Source: a virus (Duplodnaviria; Caudoviricetes). From it: DNA of 26,260 nt. Below the pieces are notes generated by a model. The model searched no databases and was not told the origin of the DNA. It saw only the letters and a list, made by a program, of their open reading frames with translations. The DNA lies in the IMG/VR virus record IMGVR_UViG_3300005805_000413, positions 1-26,260 of that record. The stretch is one strand, 5' to 3'. Position numbers and translations under genes: made by a program. Below, piece after piece: positions 1 to 9,586 of the stretch. The stretch's first letter is position 1. Each line of letters begins with the position of its first letter.

Positions 1-206
1 CTCCTTCTATCATAGAAAAACTTAAAGCGTTTTCTGGATATACTGATTATGAACAACCATATGCGGAACCAGAGATTATTGAAGTTCCTGTTCCTATGCC
101 ATTTTCTGATGGAGGAGGTGAAGATTCTTCTGGTGGATTTTCTATGGCAATGGGTGGTGGAGGAGAAGAAGATAGTTCTTTTGATTCCCTCTACGTTGGT
201 GGGTAA
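1..206 (+). CDS. 3' end of an upstream gene, truncated by the window edge; probably tail/baseplate-associated
   Basis: Frame open from position 3: PSIIEKLKAFSGYTDYEQPYAEPEIIEVPVPMP...SFDSLYVGG, stop TAA at 204-206. Not in the ORF track. Function inferred from context only. Confidence 0.7.
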   Translation, partial: PSIIEKLKAFSGYTDYEQPYAEPEIIEVPVPMPFSDGGGEDSSGGFSMAMGGGGEEDSSFDSLYVGG

Positions 207-209
207 ATA
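204..209 (+). promoter_or_regulatory. T4-type late promoter (TAAATA)
   Basis: TAAATA overlaps the upstream stop codon; SD GAGGT at 222-226; ATG at 235. Confidence 0.7.
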
Positions 210-224
210 GAGATAGAGATAGAG
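207..224 (+). repeat. Hexamer tandem repeat (ATAGAG)x3
   Basis: ATAGAG ATAGAG ATAGAG read directly between the late promoter and the SD. Confidence 0.85.
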
Positions 225-234
225 GTATAACAAA

Positions 235-1581
235 ATGGCAAATCAAGTAATAACTAGAAATGCAAATCCTTCTTATCTTGAAAGATTTGATGTAGTTTCC
301 AATAAAGATCAAAGCAAAACTGTAAGTTTGCTTGGTAAAGGATCTGCTATTGAACTTATGTATTTTGAAAGCATCCTACAAGATTCTGTCAAAGCAACCT
401 ATACTTATGCTGATGCTGGTAAAACCATAGATGATAAAAGTGCTCTAGAGGGTTTGCCTATTGTTGGGGAGGAGAAAGTTAATTTAAAATTTAAAGATCA
501 TAACGAGAATACAATAGACATAGTTTTGTATGTAAATAAAGTTACTACTCTTTCTGATGATACAACTAAATCTGTGGTTCAACTAGAGCTTTCATCTAAA
601 GAGTTTATTATGAATGAAAAGGTAAGATTGAATGTAAGATTTGATGGGAAAATATCTGATTATATTGAAACTATTCTTACATCTCCTAATTTTTTGGGAA
701 CAGAAAAAAAATGTGAAATAGAACCATGTTCTAATAATTACAATTTCTGTGGAAACAATAAAAAGCCTTTCTATACGATGAACTGGTTATCTACAAAAAC
801 AGTTCCAGATCTACCTAATACATATGGAAATACTGCTGGATATCTTTTCTTTGAAACTTCAGAAGGATTTAAATTTAAATCCATTGATTCTTTATTTTCT
901 CAGGAGAAAAAGAAATCAATTATATTCAACCAATCACCAGACTCGGCTGGAAAAAATATTCCTGCTGGATATGATGTAAAAGCACTTGAATACTCAAGAG
1001 ATAATCGTGTGAATGTTCAAGAGAAGTTAAAGATGGGAGCATATTCAACTCGCACAGTTCTTTTTGATCCATTCACTTGCTACTATGAAGTTGTTGTTGA
1101 GAATGCAAAAGATAAAGAATCATCTTTGAAACTGGCTGGAAAAGAACTTCCAGTTTTGAATCCTGAGTTTAATAGAGAAGGTGCTAATAAAGACTTTTCA
1201 AGAACTACATACATGCTTCTCGATAAAGGAACTCTACCGACAGGTAACACCACTCAGCAAGTAGAGAAGTCAAAAGAAGAAAACTTTAATCCAAAACAAA
1301 TATTGAATCAATCAATACGTAGATACAATCAAATGTTTTCTATAAAGAGTAAGGTTACAATACCTGGAGATTTTTCTTTACACGCAGGTGATGTAGTTTT
1401 CTGTGACTCAAAACAACTTGCAGCAGCTGATGAAGAAATTAATGATGAATATGGTGGACTATATATTATAGCAGATTTATGCCACTATATTACACCAAAA
1501 GAAACATATACCAAATTGAATCTGGTGAGAGATTCTTTTGGAAGGGTTGGAAATCACACCTCTGGTAAAATACCATTATGA
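235..1581 (+). CDS. Baseplate hub protein, gp27/late-control-D-like (448 aa)
   Basis: Lies just upstream of gp5. N-terminal YFESIL and C-terminal PGDFSLHAGDVV...GGLYII..LCH...TKLNLVRDS patterns resemble hub proteins of T4-like phages. Confidence 0.6.
   Translation: MANQVITRNANPSYLERFDVVSNKDQSKTVSLLGKGSAIELMYFESILQDSVKATYTYADAGKTIDDKSALEGLPIVGEEKVNLKFKDHNENTIDIVLYVNKVTTLSDDTTKSVVQLELSSKEFIMNEKVRLNVRFDGKISDYIETILTSPNFLGTEKKCEIEPCSNNYNFCGNNKKPFYTMNWLSTKTVPDLPNTYGNTAGYLFFETSEGFKFKSIDSLFSQEKKKSIIFNQSPDSAGKNIPAGYDVKALEYSRDNRVNVQEKLKMGAYSTRTVLFDPFTCYYEVVVENAKDKESSLKLAGKELPVLNPEFNREGANKDFSRTTYMLLDKGTLPTGNTTQQVEKSKEENFNPKQILNQSIRRYNQMFSIKSKVTIPGDFSLHAGDVVFCDSKQLAAADEEINDEYGGLYIIADLCHYITPKETYTKLNLVRDSFGRVGNHTSGKIPL
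1563..1571 (+). promoter_or_regulatory. Putative extended -10 sigma70 promoter for cp12
   Basis: TGGTAAAAT (TGn-TAAAAT) ends 7 nt before the cp12 ATG; no canonical -35 and no SD. Confidence 0.4.
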
Positions 1582-1796
1582 CGGACAGAACACTTCAACA
1601 ACATATTAATGACGATAAAGACGAACTAGATAATCCTAGTACAAGCAGCCAACGTCGTCGTCATTTAGAAGATGAACTCTCTTCATTGGAACAATATCAG
1701 ACAAATCATCCAGATGAAGATCATGATCCAACTCCTTTAGAGTTGTATTGTGATACTCATCCAGACGCATCAGAATGTAGAATTTATGAAGATTGA
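1578..1796 (+). CDS. cp12: Cyanophage-type CP12 Calvin-cycle inhibitor (72 aa)
   Basis: C-terminal LELYCDTHPDASECRIYED (CP12 C-terminal Cys pair) and acidic composition; lacks the N-terminal Cys pair, as in phage CP12. ATGA overlap with the upstream gene. Confidence 0.92.
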   Translation: MTDRTLQQHINDDKDELDNPSTSSQRRRHLEDELSSLEQYQTNHPDEDHDPTPLELYCDTHPDASECRIYED

Positions 1797-1802
1797 TAAC
1801 TA

Positions 1803-3380
1803 ATGGAAGGTGGAGCACTTTTTAATCCTGGATTTTTAGGCGGATCTTTTAACTGGTGGATCGGTCAGATCGCTAGTGATTCAACGTGGCGAGACAATGG
1901 ACTTGCTGGAAAGTTTGAATCCAAAGATCAAATACCTGGTTGGGGAAAGAGATATAAGGTTAGGATTATAGGTCTTCACGATCAAGAAGAAACTACAATT
2001 TCTTCAGATCAACTACCTTGGGCACAGGTCATGTATCCTGTGACTGGTGGTGGAGGCCAAGCGCAGGCAGGAGCAACTGCTAATTTAAGACAGGGTAATT
2101 TTGTTTTTGGTTTCTTCCTTGATGGGCAGGATCAACAAGTTCCTGTTATTATGGGAGTTCTTGGTAGTAATGCTCAGACTGCTCTTGGTGGGGAGATTGG
2201 TACAGATAAGGCAAACTTCTCATCAACAAGTGGATACGCAACTCCTGCGGATGGAAATAAAGATCCTTACATAAAAGTTCCTCAGGAGGGATTAGTTGTT
2301 ACTAATCCTTCATCAACTTCAACTTCTGCAACTCAAGGTGCTGCTGCATCTGGAGCAACAAAAGAAAATGTAGACGCTGTTCACGAAATGAGTGCGGCGG
2401 ATGTTGCTAGGAATGATTACTATAATAAGAAAATGATTTTAATGAGTCCTTGTGACATTGTTGGGTCTGCTCTTAAAGCAATTCAAACAGAACTTGAAAA
2501 CCTTGTAGCAGAAATTGACAAATATCTAAATGCTGCTCAAAGTTATATTGATGCAGTATCAAGTTATATAACAGACATACAATCAGTCATTGATAATGCT
2601 GCGTGCGAAATTGCAAAGTATATGAAAATTGTATTTGATAAAATATTTGAATACTCTTTAAAACAAATTAATGCAGCACTTGCTCCTACTGTCGGACTTA
2701 TGTTTCCGAATCAGAGATATTTGTACATAGACATCAAAGACATTGTAACTGAACTTTTAACTTGTTTGTACAATGGGATTACTAATGATTTGTGTGGACA
2801 AGTTCAAGCTCTTCTTGATGAAGCTTTAAGCACTGATCCAGAATCACTTCCTGAACCTACGAATGAGGATACTATCATAACTCCAACAGTTCCAAGTTGT
2901 TCCACAGAACAGTTAGTTGGTGATTTGATTGCATTAAATATGGATCAAATTGAAAGTACAACAACTGATATTCTTGATAGTGTTTCTTCCTTCCTTGATG
3001 ACGTGTTGGGAGAAATAAGTGATATATCAGGTGTGATTAGTGATGCATCATCACTAATTGGTGACATTACTGGCAGCATAACAGGTGCTCTTTCTTTTGA
3101 AAATATTTCATTGAATATTTTAGGATGTGAACTTACTCCAAGTTGTCCATCGGCAGATTACTATACTATAGCTAATGGTGGCGCATCAGCTCCTGCACAA
3201 GATGCACCAACTACTAGTAACGTAGATAAGGCAGCACAAACATCAACCACCACGGCAACTACTCCAACAACAACTCCTTATGCTGTTCCAACTTCTTCAA
3301 CTCCAGACCTGCAAGTTGGACAGTCTAATGCAGAAACTCAAGCGGCCGCTGCTGAAGAAAATGCATTAACTTTACTTTAA
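1803..3380 (+). CDS. gp5: Baseplate hub/spike gp5-like protein, N-terminal OB-fold part (525 aa); no lysozyme domain recognised
   Basis: WWIGQ...RYKVRIIGLH...LPWAQVMYP...FVFGFFLDG.D.Q.PVIMGVL is the gp5 OB-fold signature; followed by a helical Cys-containing region. Confidence 0.85.
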   Translation: MEGGALFNPGFLGGSFNWWIGQIASDSTWRDNGLAGKFESKDQIPGWGKRYKVRIIGLHDQEETTISSDQLPWAQVMYPVTGGGGQAQAGATANLRQGNFVFGFFLDGQDQQVPVIMGVLGSNAQTALGGEIGTDKANFSSTSGYATPADGNKDPYIKVPQEGLVVTNPSSTSTSATQGAAASGATKENVDAVHEMSAADVARNDYYNKKMILMSPCDIVGSALKAIQTELENLVAEIDKYLNAAQSYIDAVSSYITDIQSVIDNAACEIAKYMKIVFDKIFEYSLKQINAALAPTVGLMFPNQRYLYIDIKDIVTELLTCLYNGITNDLCGQVQALLDEALSTDPESLPEPTNEDTIITPTVPSCSTEQLVGDLIALNMDQIESTTTDILDSVSSFLDDVLGEISDISGVISDASSLIGDITGSITGALSFENISLNILGCELTPSCPSADYYTIANGGASAPAQDAPTTSNVDKAAQTSTTTATTPTTTPYAVPTSSTPDLQVGQSNAETQAAAAEENALTLL

Positions 3381-3389
3381 GTAAATCAA

Positions 3390-3395
3390 TAAATA
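3390..3395 (+). promoter_or_regulatory. Late promoter TAAATA
   Basis: AATAAATA in the short intergenic gap before the ATG at 3415. Confidence 0.7.
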
Positions 3396-3414
3396 AGGTC
3401 AGCAAGAAAAAGAT

Positions 3415-6400
3415 ATGTCTTTTAAATTCGGTCCTCAAACTAAAACTGATGTTAAGGTTGGATACATTGATCCAACCAGGGGATACGTTTCTGGTGTATC
3501 GATATGTGATGCCAATACATATGCTAAAAGTAATCCAGGAACAACTTTTATATTTGTGGATGGTGATGCCAATATAAAATATCTCAATATAAATGAAGTT
3601 AATGAACTAACCGAAAATGATACTGTTTCTTCCACTGATGAATGTGGTGGACTGCAGACTTATGAAGAATGTACCTCTCCGGAGATAGTCTTTTCTGGTG
3701 GTGGTGGAATAGGTGCATACGGAAATCCTGTCGTTGGTGTTGATGGAGCTTTACTTGCAGTTGACTTGGTGAGTGGTGGATTTGGATATCAATATCCCCC
3801 TGTAACAAAGGCAGTTGACAAGTGTCAGATTGGAAATGGCGCTGTTTTACAATCAGTATTGGGAACTGTTGCTGATACTGTAGAGGGTGGAGCTCCGTTT
3901 GAGACTTATGAGGAATGTCCAGGTGATACTGTTGAGTATGGTAGAGTTTATGACCAAGATGGACAAGATGTTGGTGAATGGGATCCTGCAAAATATCTCC
4001 CAATACCTGGAGAAGATCCCATATTAACTGATATTCTAGAGTTTCAACAGTCTCTAAAAAATCCTTGGTGGACTACAAGAGATAATAAACCACTGAGTAT
4101 AACCTCTCAGAGTGAAACTTTCTCATCTAACGATGCTACCTCCCCTCGTTGGAATGATTTTTTAAACAAGTATGCAATTTCTCCAGTAGCTCCATCTGAT
4201 GTTCCTGGAACAGATAATGCTGGAAAGATTTTTATCTTTGAGTGGCAAGAAAATTTCCCAACCACTGGTAATTATGTTTTCAGAACTCTCTGTGATAATA
4301 AAGGAAAATTATACATTGATAATCTTTATGTTTCGGACCTTAACTCAATTGCCAGAAATTTTAATATTGGAGTTATAACAAAAGAAATCCAGGAGGGTAT
4401 TCATACAATAAGGGTTGATTTACTTAATGCCCCAATCTATGAAGTTCAAACAACAACTCCAGGATCTGCCTTCTTTATTAAAAAAGATGGTGAAATATAC
4501 TTGGATCTAACATCCTTCCCACAATCTACAGTGAATGTTACATTCAGTACCTATGCAATTTCTCAGGGTGGTGCTGGTAGAGATCATACAATTGAGTTTG
4601 CTGAACTTATTTTTAAAGATATAAAGGATGTTTCAAATGATAGTGGAACATATGGTGTTCCTGGAGGAGTTCTTCATGGGCCAATTGTTCAAACTGGTGG
4701 TGATCGCTTAGCAATTGTTGAAGGTCGAGCAACAGAAGTTGATAGAGGTATAGAAATTGTTGCATATACTGGTGATAATATTGCCGCTGGTAAAGATGAC
4801 TTCTTTGTTGCTATCGTTGGTGCAGAGTTAGTTGAGCAACCTCAACCAGAAGAAGTTTCTTCGCAGTTGAATTCTTTCGAAACTCAAAACGTTTTCAATA
4901 CAGTTGATTACATTGATAGAGCAGACAGAACTCTTTGGAGAACTGCTTCTAATGTAAGTAGTATTTCAACTCTTTTGAACAGTTATGGAGTTGCTCCTTT
5001 TGATGCTACTACACAGCAATCTAAAACTGATAGTTATCCTGGAACTCATAAAATTGTTTGGAGTGGAGTTACTTTCCCAGTAAATGGGGATTATATTATT
5101 GAATTGGCATCTGACGACGATGCTACTCTTACGATTGGTGGTGTTGTTATTGAACATAAGGGCTTTAGAAGTCCAGGTGTTCCGAATGCAGACTTAACTG
5201 GTGCTTATTATTTTACTGCAGGAACATATGATATAGTAGCAGAACTTTATCAAATTCCTGGAGGAACCACTAGAGGACTTGGTGATGGCAATCCAATGTC
5301 TATCGCTGTTAATATCAATGTCTCTTTTGCACAAGAAAAAGTGCAGTCCAGTTTATCTTGGAATCAAAATCCTATTGGATTTGCTATGGTAATTCAGCAA
5401 CCACCAAGAGCAATACCACAAGAAATTCCTCCAGTTTCTGGCCCTTGTCCACCAAATCCAATATGGAGTACAAGATTTCCTGGATATCAAAATCAATGGT
5501 TCCCTGTAAACTATAGTGAGAGGGAAGCCTGGAGTGATTTTATGAATCGTTATGCACTTTCTCCAGTTCCCCCATTAGAAACTTTTGGAAGTGATGCATC
5601 TGGAATTCAATTTTCAAATAGTTGGAATGTTGAACTTCCTTTTAGAGGGTTTTATGGTGTTCAAGCAACTGCAGATAATGCTGGCAGGGTTCTTATTGAT
5701 GGGATTGAAGTTGCTAAAGCACAATCATATGCGACAGAAACTCCAGAAGTTACTCAAGTATTTTTAGAAGCAGGAACTCATAAAATTGATGTTCAAGTTT
5801 CTAATTATTCTCAGACTTATTCATCTTTAGTCAAACAAAAAATCTTTAGCACAAAAGATTGGAGAAACGTTGATGGTGGAATTGCAGAATCTGTTGAAGT
5901 ATTCTTTAATGTTTCAAATGATAGTCAAACCAGTCTTTCTTTCACTTTTGTAGCAGAAGATGGATCTGATACTTTTACACTGTTAAGTCCAAGTGAGGGA
6001 TTTTCTTCATATACTGAAGTTCGAACAATTAAAGTTGGTAAGAAGTATAAAGTTGTTTCTGGTGGAAATGCTACTAATGAGCAAGGATTGTTGTCTGGCA
6101 GTTCTGAAACTCAAGATCCATCAAATAAAATTTTCGCAGATTATATTGATGGTGAAAATGATAATAATGATTTTGTTGTTGAAGTTACTGAAGGTGTATT
6201 TACCAGTTCCAATAAAAGGTCCATCAGCGATAGTAGAGATACCTTTGATATAACTTTTGAAATTCCCGTTTCTGATGCACCTCGTCTTGATCCAGTGACT
6301 GAGACAAGAAATGGTGTAACCTATGTTGGACCACCTTTGTTCCCATTCAGCCTTACGACTGGAGGAGTGGATGGAACTGGGTGGGGAGATTTTATGAATG

Positions 6401-7443
6401 AGTATTCAATATCTCCAAATGTTTTTGATGAAATTAATCAACCAGATAATAAAATAAATGGGGTTTTTGTATTAGTTTGGAGAGGTGTTTCTTTTCCAGA
6501 AACAGGAACTTATAAGATCAAACTTGCGGCTGATAATGAAGCAGTTTTTAAATCGGATGGAGTTGAAATTACAAGAAGTTCTGATTTTCTGAGTGATGAT
6601 CCTACTGCAATCAATGTTAATTTTAGTGCGGGAAAACACGATCTTGCTATAGAACTACAAAACTTTGCTGATGGTATTGATATTTTTGAAACCAATCCAA
6701 TGGGAGTATCTCTTACGATTGAAAGAGACATAACAGTTTTATCTGAAAATGTTGCTGCTGATTGGGTAGATAATCCTATGGCAATATCGGCAATTTTAAT
6801 TCCTCCTCCATGTATTGTAAAAACTGGCGGAACTGGAGTGGTTGTTGACGTTGTTGTAGAGGATCCTGGAAATGGATATATTGCTCCTCCAGCAGAAGGA
6901 TATCCAGTTTTACTTGAACTTACTGAAGTAATTGTAGAAAATCCTGGAATCAATTATAATTGTGGAGTAGATCAAATACAAATAGTACCTGACTTGGGAG
7001 CAAATCCAACCTACACTTGCGATTCTTTTGGTAGAATTCAAAGTGTTCAGGTTGCTCCAACTGCTGGATATACTTCATATCCATCTATCACCATGCCATC
7101 TACGACTGGTGTTAATGCATCGTTTAGACCAGTCTTTAGAGTTATAAGAGATCCACTGCCCCAACCAGAAGAAATCATTCAGGTTACTGATCTTGTTGGT
7201 CTCAAGCAGACTGGTTATGTTGATGGTAGAGCATACTATGGTGCTGTTTACTATGAGAATGGAATCAGATATGCTGGATACTACAAGACTATTGGAACTC
7301 CAATTCGTGTTTACAATACCTTACAAGAAAGCATCACTGGAGAAGTCACAACAGTTCCAAGTGCAATTCAGAGATCTGGTACTGATATTACAAGTAACGA
7401 TCCAACTCTTAATATTCCAGGAACTCCACAGAACCTTATTTAA
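3415..7443 (+). CDS. Large virion/baseplate protein with four PA14-like beta-sandwich modules (1342 aa)
   Basis: Four repeats of W.DF.N.Y..SP...W...FP..G.Y.....D[DN].......G...G.H.I...L.N, flanked by GGGG.GA / V..PG.GY structural repeats. Confidence 0.7.
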   Translation: MSFKFGPQTKTDVKVGYIDPTRGYVSGVSICDANTYAKSNPGTTFIFVDGDANIKYLNINEVNELTENDTVSSTDECGGLQTYEECTSPEIVFSGGGGIGAYGNPVVGVDGALLAVDLVSGGFGYQYPPVTKAVDKCQIGNGAVLQSVLGTVADTVEGGAPFETYEECPGDTVEYGRVYDQDGQDVGEWDPAKYLPIPGEDPILTDILEFQQSLKNPWWTTRDNKPLSITSQSETFSSNDATSPRWNDFLNKYAISPVAPSDVPGTDNAGKIFIFEWQENFPTTGNYVFRTLCDNKGKLYIDNLYVSDLNSIARNFNIGVITKEIQEGIHTIRVDLLNAPIYEVQTTTPGSAFFIKKDGEIYLDLTSFPQSTVNVTFSTYAISQGGAGRDHTIEFAELIFKDIKDVSNDSGTYGVPGGVLHGPIVQTGGDRLAIVEGRATEVDRGIEIVAYTGDNIAAGKDDFFVAIVGAELVEQPQPEEVSSQLNSFETQNVFNTVDYIDRADRTLWRTASNVSSISTLLNSYGVAPFDATTQQSKTDSYPGTHKIVWSGVTFPVNGDYIIELASDDDATLTIGGVVIEHKGFRSPGVPNADLTGAYYFTAGTYDIVAELYQIPGGTTRGLGDGNPMSIAVNINVSFAQEKVQSSLSWNQNPIGFAMVIQQPPRAIPQEIPPVSGPCPPNPIWSTRFPGYQNQWFPVNYSEREAWSDFMNRYALSPVPPLETFGSDASGIQFSNSWNVELPFRGFYGVQATADNAGRVLIDGIEVAKAQSYATETPEVTQVFLEAGTHKIDVQVSNYSQTYSSLVKQKIFSTKDWRNVDGGIAESVEVFFNVSNDSQTSLSFTFVAEDGSDTFTLLSPSEGFSSYTEVRTIKVGKKYKVVSGGNATNEQGLLSGSSETQDPSNKIFADYIDGENDNNDFVVEVTEGVFTSSNKRSISDSRDTFDITFEIPVSDAPRLDPVTETRNGVTYVGPPLFPFSLTTGGVDGTGWGDFMNEYSISPNVFDEINQPDNKINGVFVLVWRGVSFPETGTYKIKLAADNEAVFKSDGVEITRSSDFLSDDPTAINVNFSAGKHDLAIELQNFADGIDIFETNPMGVSLTIERDITVLSENVAADWVDNPMAISAILIPPPCIVKTGGTGVVVDVVVEDPGNGYIAPPAEGYPVLLELTEVIVENPGINYNCGVDQIQIVPDLGANPTYTCDSFGRIQSVQVAPTAGYTSYPSITMPSTTGVNASFRPVFRVIRDPLPQPEEIIQVTDLVGLKQTGYVDGRAYYGAVYYENGIRYAGYYKTIGTPIRVYNTLQESITGEVTTVPSAIQRSGTDITSNDPTLNIPGTPQNLI

Positions 7444-7449
7444 AATCGT

Positions 7450-7455
7450 TAAATA
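7450..7455 (+). promoter_or_regulatory. Late promoter TAAATA
   Basis: TTAAATA intergenic, upstream of the ATG at 7478. Confidence 0.65.
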
Positions 7456-7477
7456 GTAATATTGAAATTCATTTCAA

Positions 7478-8146
7478 ATGGCAACTGCTGCAAACACTAA
7501 TAACACAAAATTAGCAACAACCCCCAAGGCAGGTAGAGAAGAACTTTTAGCGGACAATATTTCAAAAAATAACACTGCTAAACAAAATTATACTGCCACA
7601 AGACATGGTAATGATCATGGATCAATATCCTTTGGTCATATTCACAAACAAGGCGAATGTGTGTCCGAGGTTCTCCTTCAAGCATCTGATGGAAGACATT
7701 CTATTGTTCTTGATAAAGATGGCCCACGAAAAGGTTCAACTCAAATTACTGCTCCGGGAAGAATAACAATAGATTGTGGTGAAGATTCATCTGAGGGTGA
7801 AAAAACCTTAATGATTCATACTTGGAATGGGGATATAAGTATCGTTGCTAAAACTGGAAGACTCTTACTTCAAGGAACGGATATTGATTTAATAGCAGTT
7901 GGTGAGGGTGGATCTAAAGGAAACATCCGAATGAAAGCAACTGAAACTATTGAGTTGGATGGGAAAAAGGTAATAACAAATGCTAAAAGTCAAATTAAAA
8001 TGTGTTCAAGTGGAAAAGTTGAAGTTGCTGCAAATAGTTGTCTAAACATGTATGGATCTTTGATTAGAGCTGCGACTGACGCAGTAAGTACTAAAGACTC
8101 TAAAGTTGGTGGTAGAAATTTCCAAGTTAAACAAGTTCAATTTTAA
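7478..8146 (+). CDS. gp5 C-terminal-like beta-helical spike protein (222 aa)
   Basis: SDGRHSIVLDKDG followed by short beta-strand repeats (GDISIVAKTGRLLLQGTDIDLIA, GNIRMKATETIELDG); located in the gp5 module. Confidence 0.55.
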   Translation: MATAANTNNTKLATTPKAGREELLADNISKNNTAKQNYTATRHGNDHGSISFGHIHKQGECVSEVLLQASDGRHSIVLDKDGPRKGSTQITAPGRITIDCGEDSSEGEKTLMIHTWNGDISIVAKTGRLLLQGTDIDLIAVGEGGSKGNIRMKATETIELDGKKVITNAKSQIKMCSSGKVEVAANSCLNMYGSLIRAATDAVSTKDSKVGGRNFQVKQVQF

Positions 8147-8157
8147 GGAGAAATAAA

Positions 8158-8817
8158 ATGTCGATGTGTATGGATGACCTGGCAACAGGTGGACAATTGA
8201 TGGTAGGTGCAGGAACACCTCCTATTATGGGTGTTGGGGATGCAAAAATTAATGGTGCTGCTTTTATTGAAGGACCAGCCCAAGTTGGCGCAGCAACACA
8301 ATATTCTACTGTTGATGCTACATTAATGGTTGGTCAGACTTTTAATTCTGATTCTTTGTCTCCTCTTTATTCTCTATGGAGCAAATTTTATTCAAGATTT
8401 CAATATTGGGTTAGAGTTGATTTAGTTTTGAAATCAAAATACATTGAAGCAAAAATTGTAAGAACAAAAGTTTTACAAGCATCAATTAAAAACTTTGTAA
8501 TTGATCACCCAACAGTGCCTGGAAAGAAGTTAGTTCATACTTGTTTAGAGGGTCCTGAAAATGGTGTCTATTATAGAGGTAGATTAAAAGGAAAAGATTA
8601 TATTCAACTTCCCCCATACTGGACAGGATTAGTAGATGATACTACAATAACAGTATCAATTACTCCTGTAGGATCTCATCAAGATATTATCGTGAAGAGA
8701 ATTGGAGACAATAAAATTTATCTACAGGCAAGACCTGGTATTCCAATTGATTGTTTTTACCATGTTTATGGAACAAGAAAAGATGTTGAAAGATTAATTG
8801 TTGAGGTAGAAGAATAA
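8158..8817 (+). CDS. Spike/fibre-associated protein with C-terminal KxFxIxHP-LEGPE domain (219 aa)
   Basis: KNFVIDHP...HTCLEGPENGVYYRG...LP.YW..LVD; SD AAGGAG; paralogous to the next gene. Confidence 0.6.
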   Translation: MSMCMDDLATGGQLMVGAGTPPIMGVGDAKINGAAFIEGPAQVGAATQYSTVDATLMVGQTFNSDSLSPLYSLWSKFYSRFQYWVRVDLVLKSKYIEAKIVRTKVLQASIKNFVIDHPTVPGKKLVHTCLEGPENGVYYRGRLKGKDYIQLPPYWTGLVDDTTITVSITPVGSHQDIIVKRIGDNKIYLQARPGIPIDCFYHVYGTRKDVERLIVEVEE

Positions 8818-9536
8818 TGTCATTTTCATTTGAAAAGTACGGAACGTTTGCTGGCCCAGGAACTCCATTTGACTATAGAGATAATGATGAGTTCAGTTTT
8901 GATGAGGGAACTGAATTTAATTTAACTGATGTCTCTATGTGTCTGGTGAGAACTATTGAGTCTCCTCCTGATTATGTTTACATGCATTTGCAAGGAACTA
9001 ATACCTCAGTTGTTACTTTAGAGAGAAATACTGGACCAATTCCAACTTTTAACGTAGAAGCAAACGATACTAATTTTAGTGGTGATGTGACAGTCATCGG
9101 AACTGTCACTGCTGCTAATTTTGTCGGAACTTGGTATGGAAACACCGTTGGTTCTGTAAAAGCATTTGATATTCAGCATCCATCAAAAGATGGCCATCGC
9201 CTTAGATACATCTGTCTTGAAGGTCCAGAGGCTGAAGTTTACTTAAGAGGGAAGTTGGAAGATCAAACTGTAATTGAACTTCCTGAATACTGGAAAGATC
9301 TTGTTGATGTTGATACTATTGGTGTTTCTCTAACTCCAATTGGAGTCTATCAGGAACTATACGTAGATAAAATTGAATGGGGGCAGAGAATTATTGTAAA
9401 GAATAACTCTGGCGGCCCTATTAAGTGTTCATACGTTGTCTATGGTCAGAGAAAGGATGTGCCAAGGAACATCAGTGAATATGAGGGAACGAGCGCCAAA
9501 GATTATCCTGGAAATATTGCCCCATATACCCCTTGA
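8817..9536 (+). CDS. Spike/fibre-associated protein with C-terminal KxFxIxHP-LEGPE domain (239 aa)
   Basis: KAFDIQHP...YICLEGPEAEVYLRG...LPEYWKDLVD; TAATG overlap with the previous gene. Confidence 0.6.
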   Translation: MSFSFEKYGTFAGPGTPFDYRDNDEFSFDEGTEFNLTDVSMCLVRTIESPPDYVYMHLQGTNTSVVTLERNTGPIPTFNVEANDTNFSGDVTVIGTVTAANFVGTWYGNTVGSVKAFDIQHPSKDGHRLRYICLEGPEAEVYLRGKLEDQTVIELPEYWKDLVDVDTIGVSLTPIGVYQELYVDKIEWGQRIIVKNNSGGPIKCSYVVYGQRKDVPRNISEYEGTSAKDYPGNIAPYTP

Positions 9537-9561
9537 CACCACCACCTCACGGTGCTATGAT
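9533..9561 (+). promoter_or_regulatory. Strong sigma70-type early promoter
   Basis: TTGACA (9533-9538), 17-nt spacer, TATGAT (9556-9561), with extended TG at 9553-9554. Confidence 0.85.
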
Positions 9562-9586
9562 ACTTGGGTAATCAACGGACGACCGA

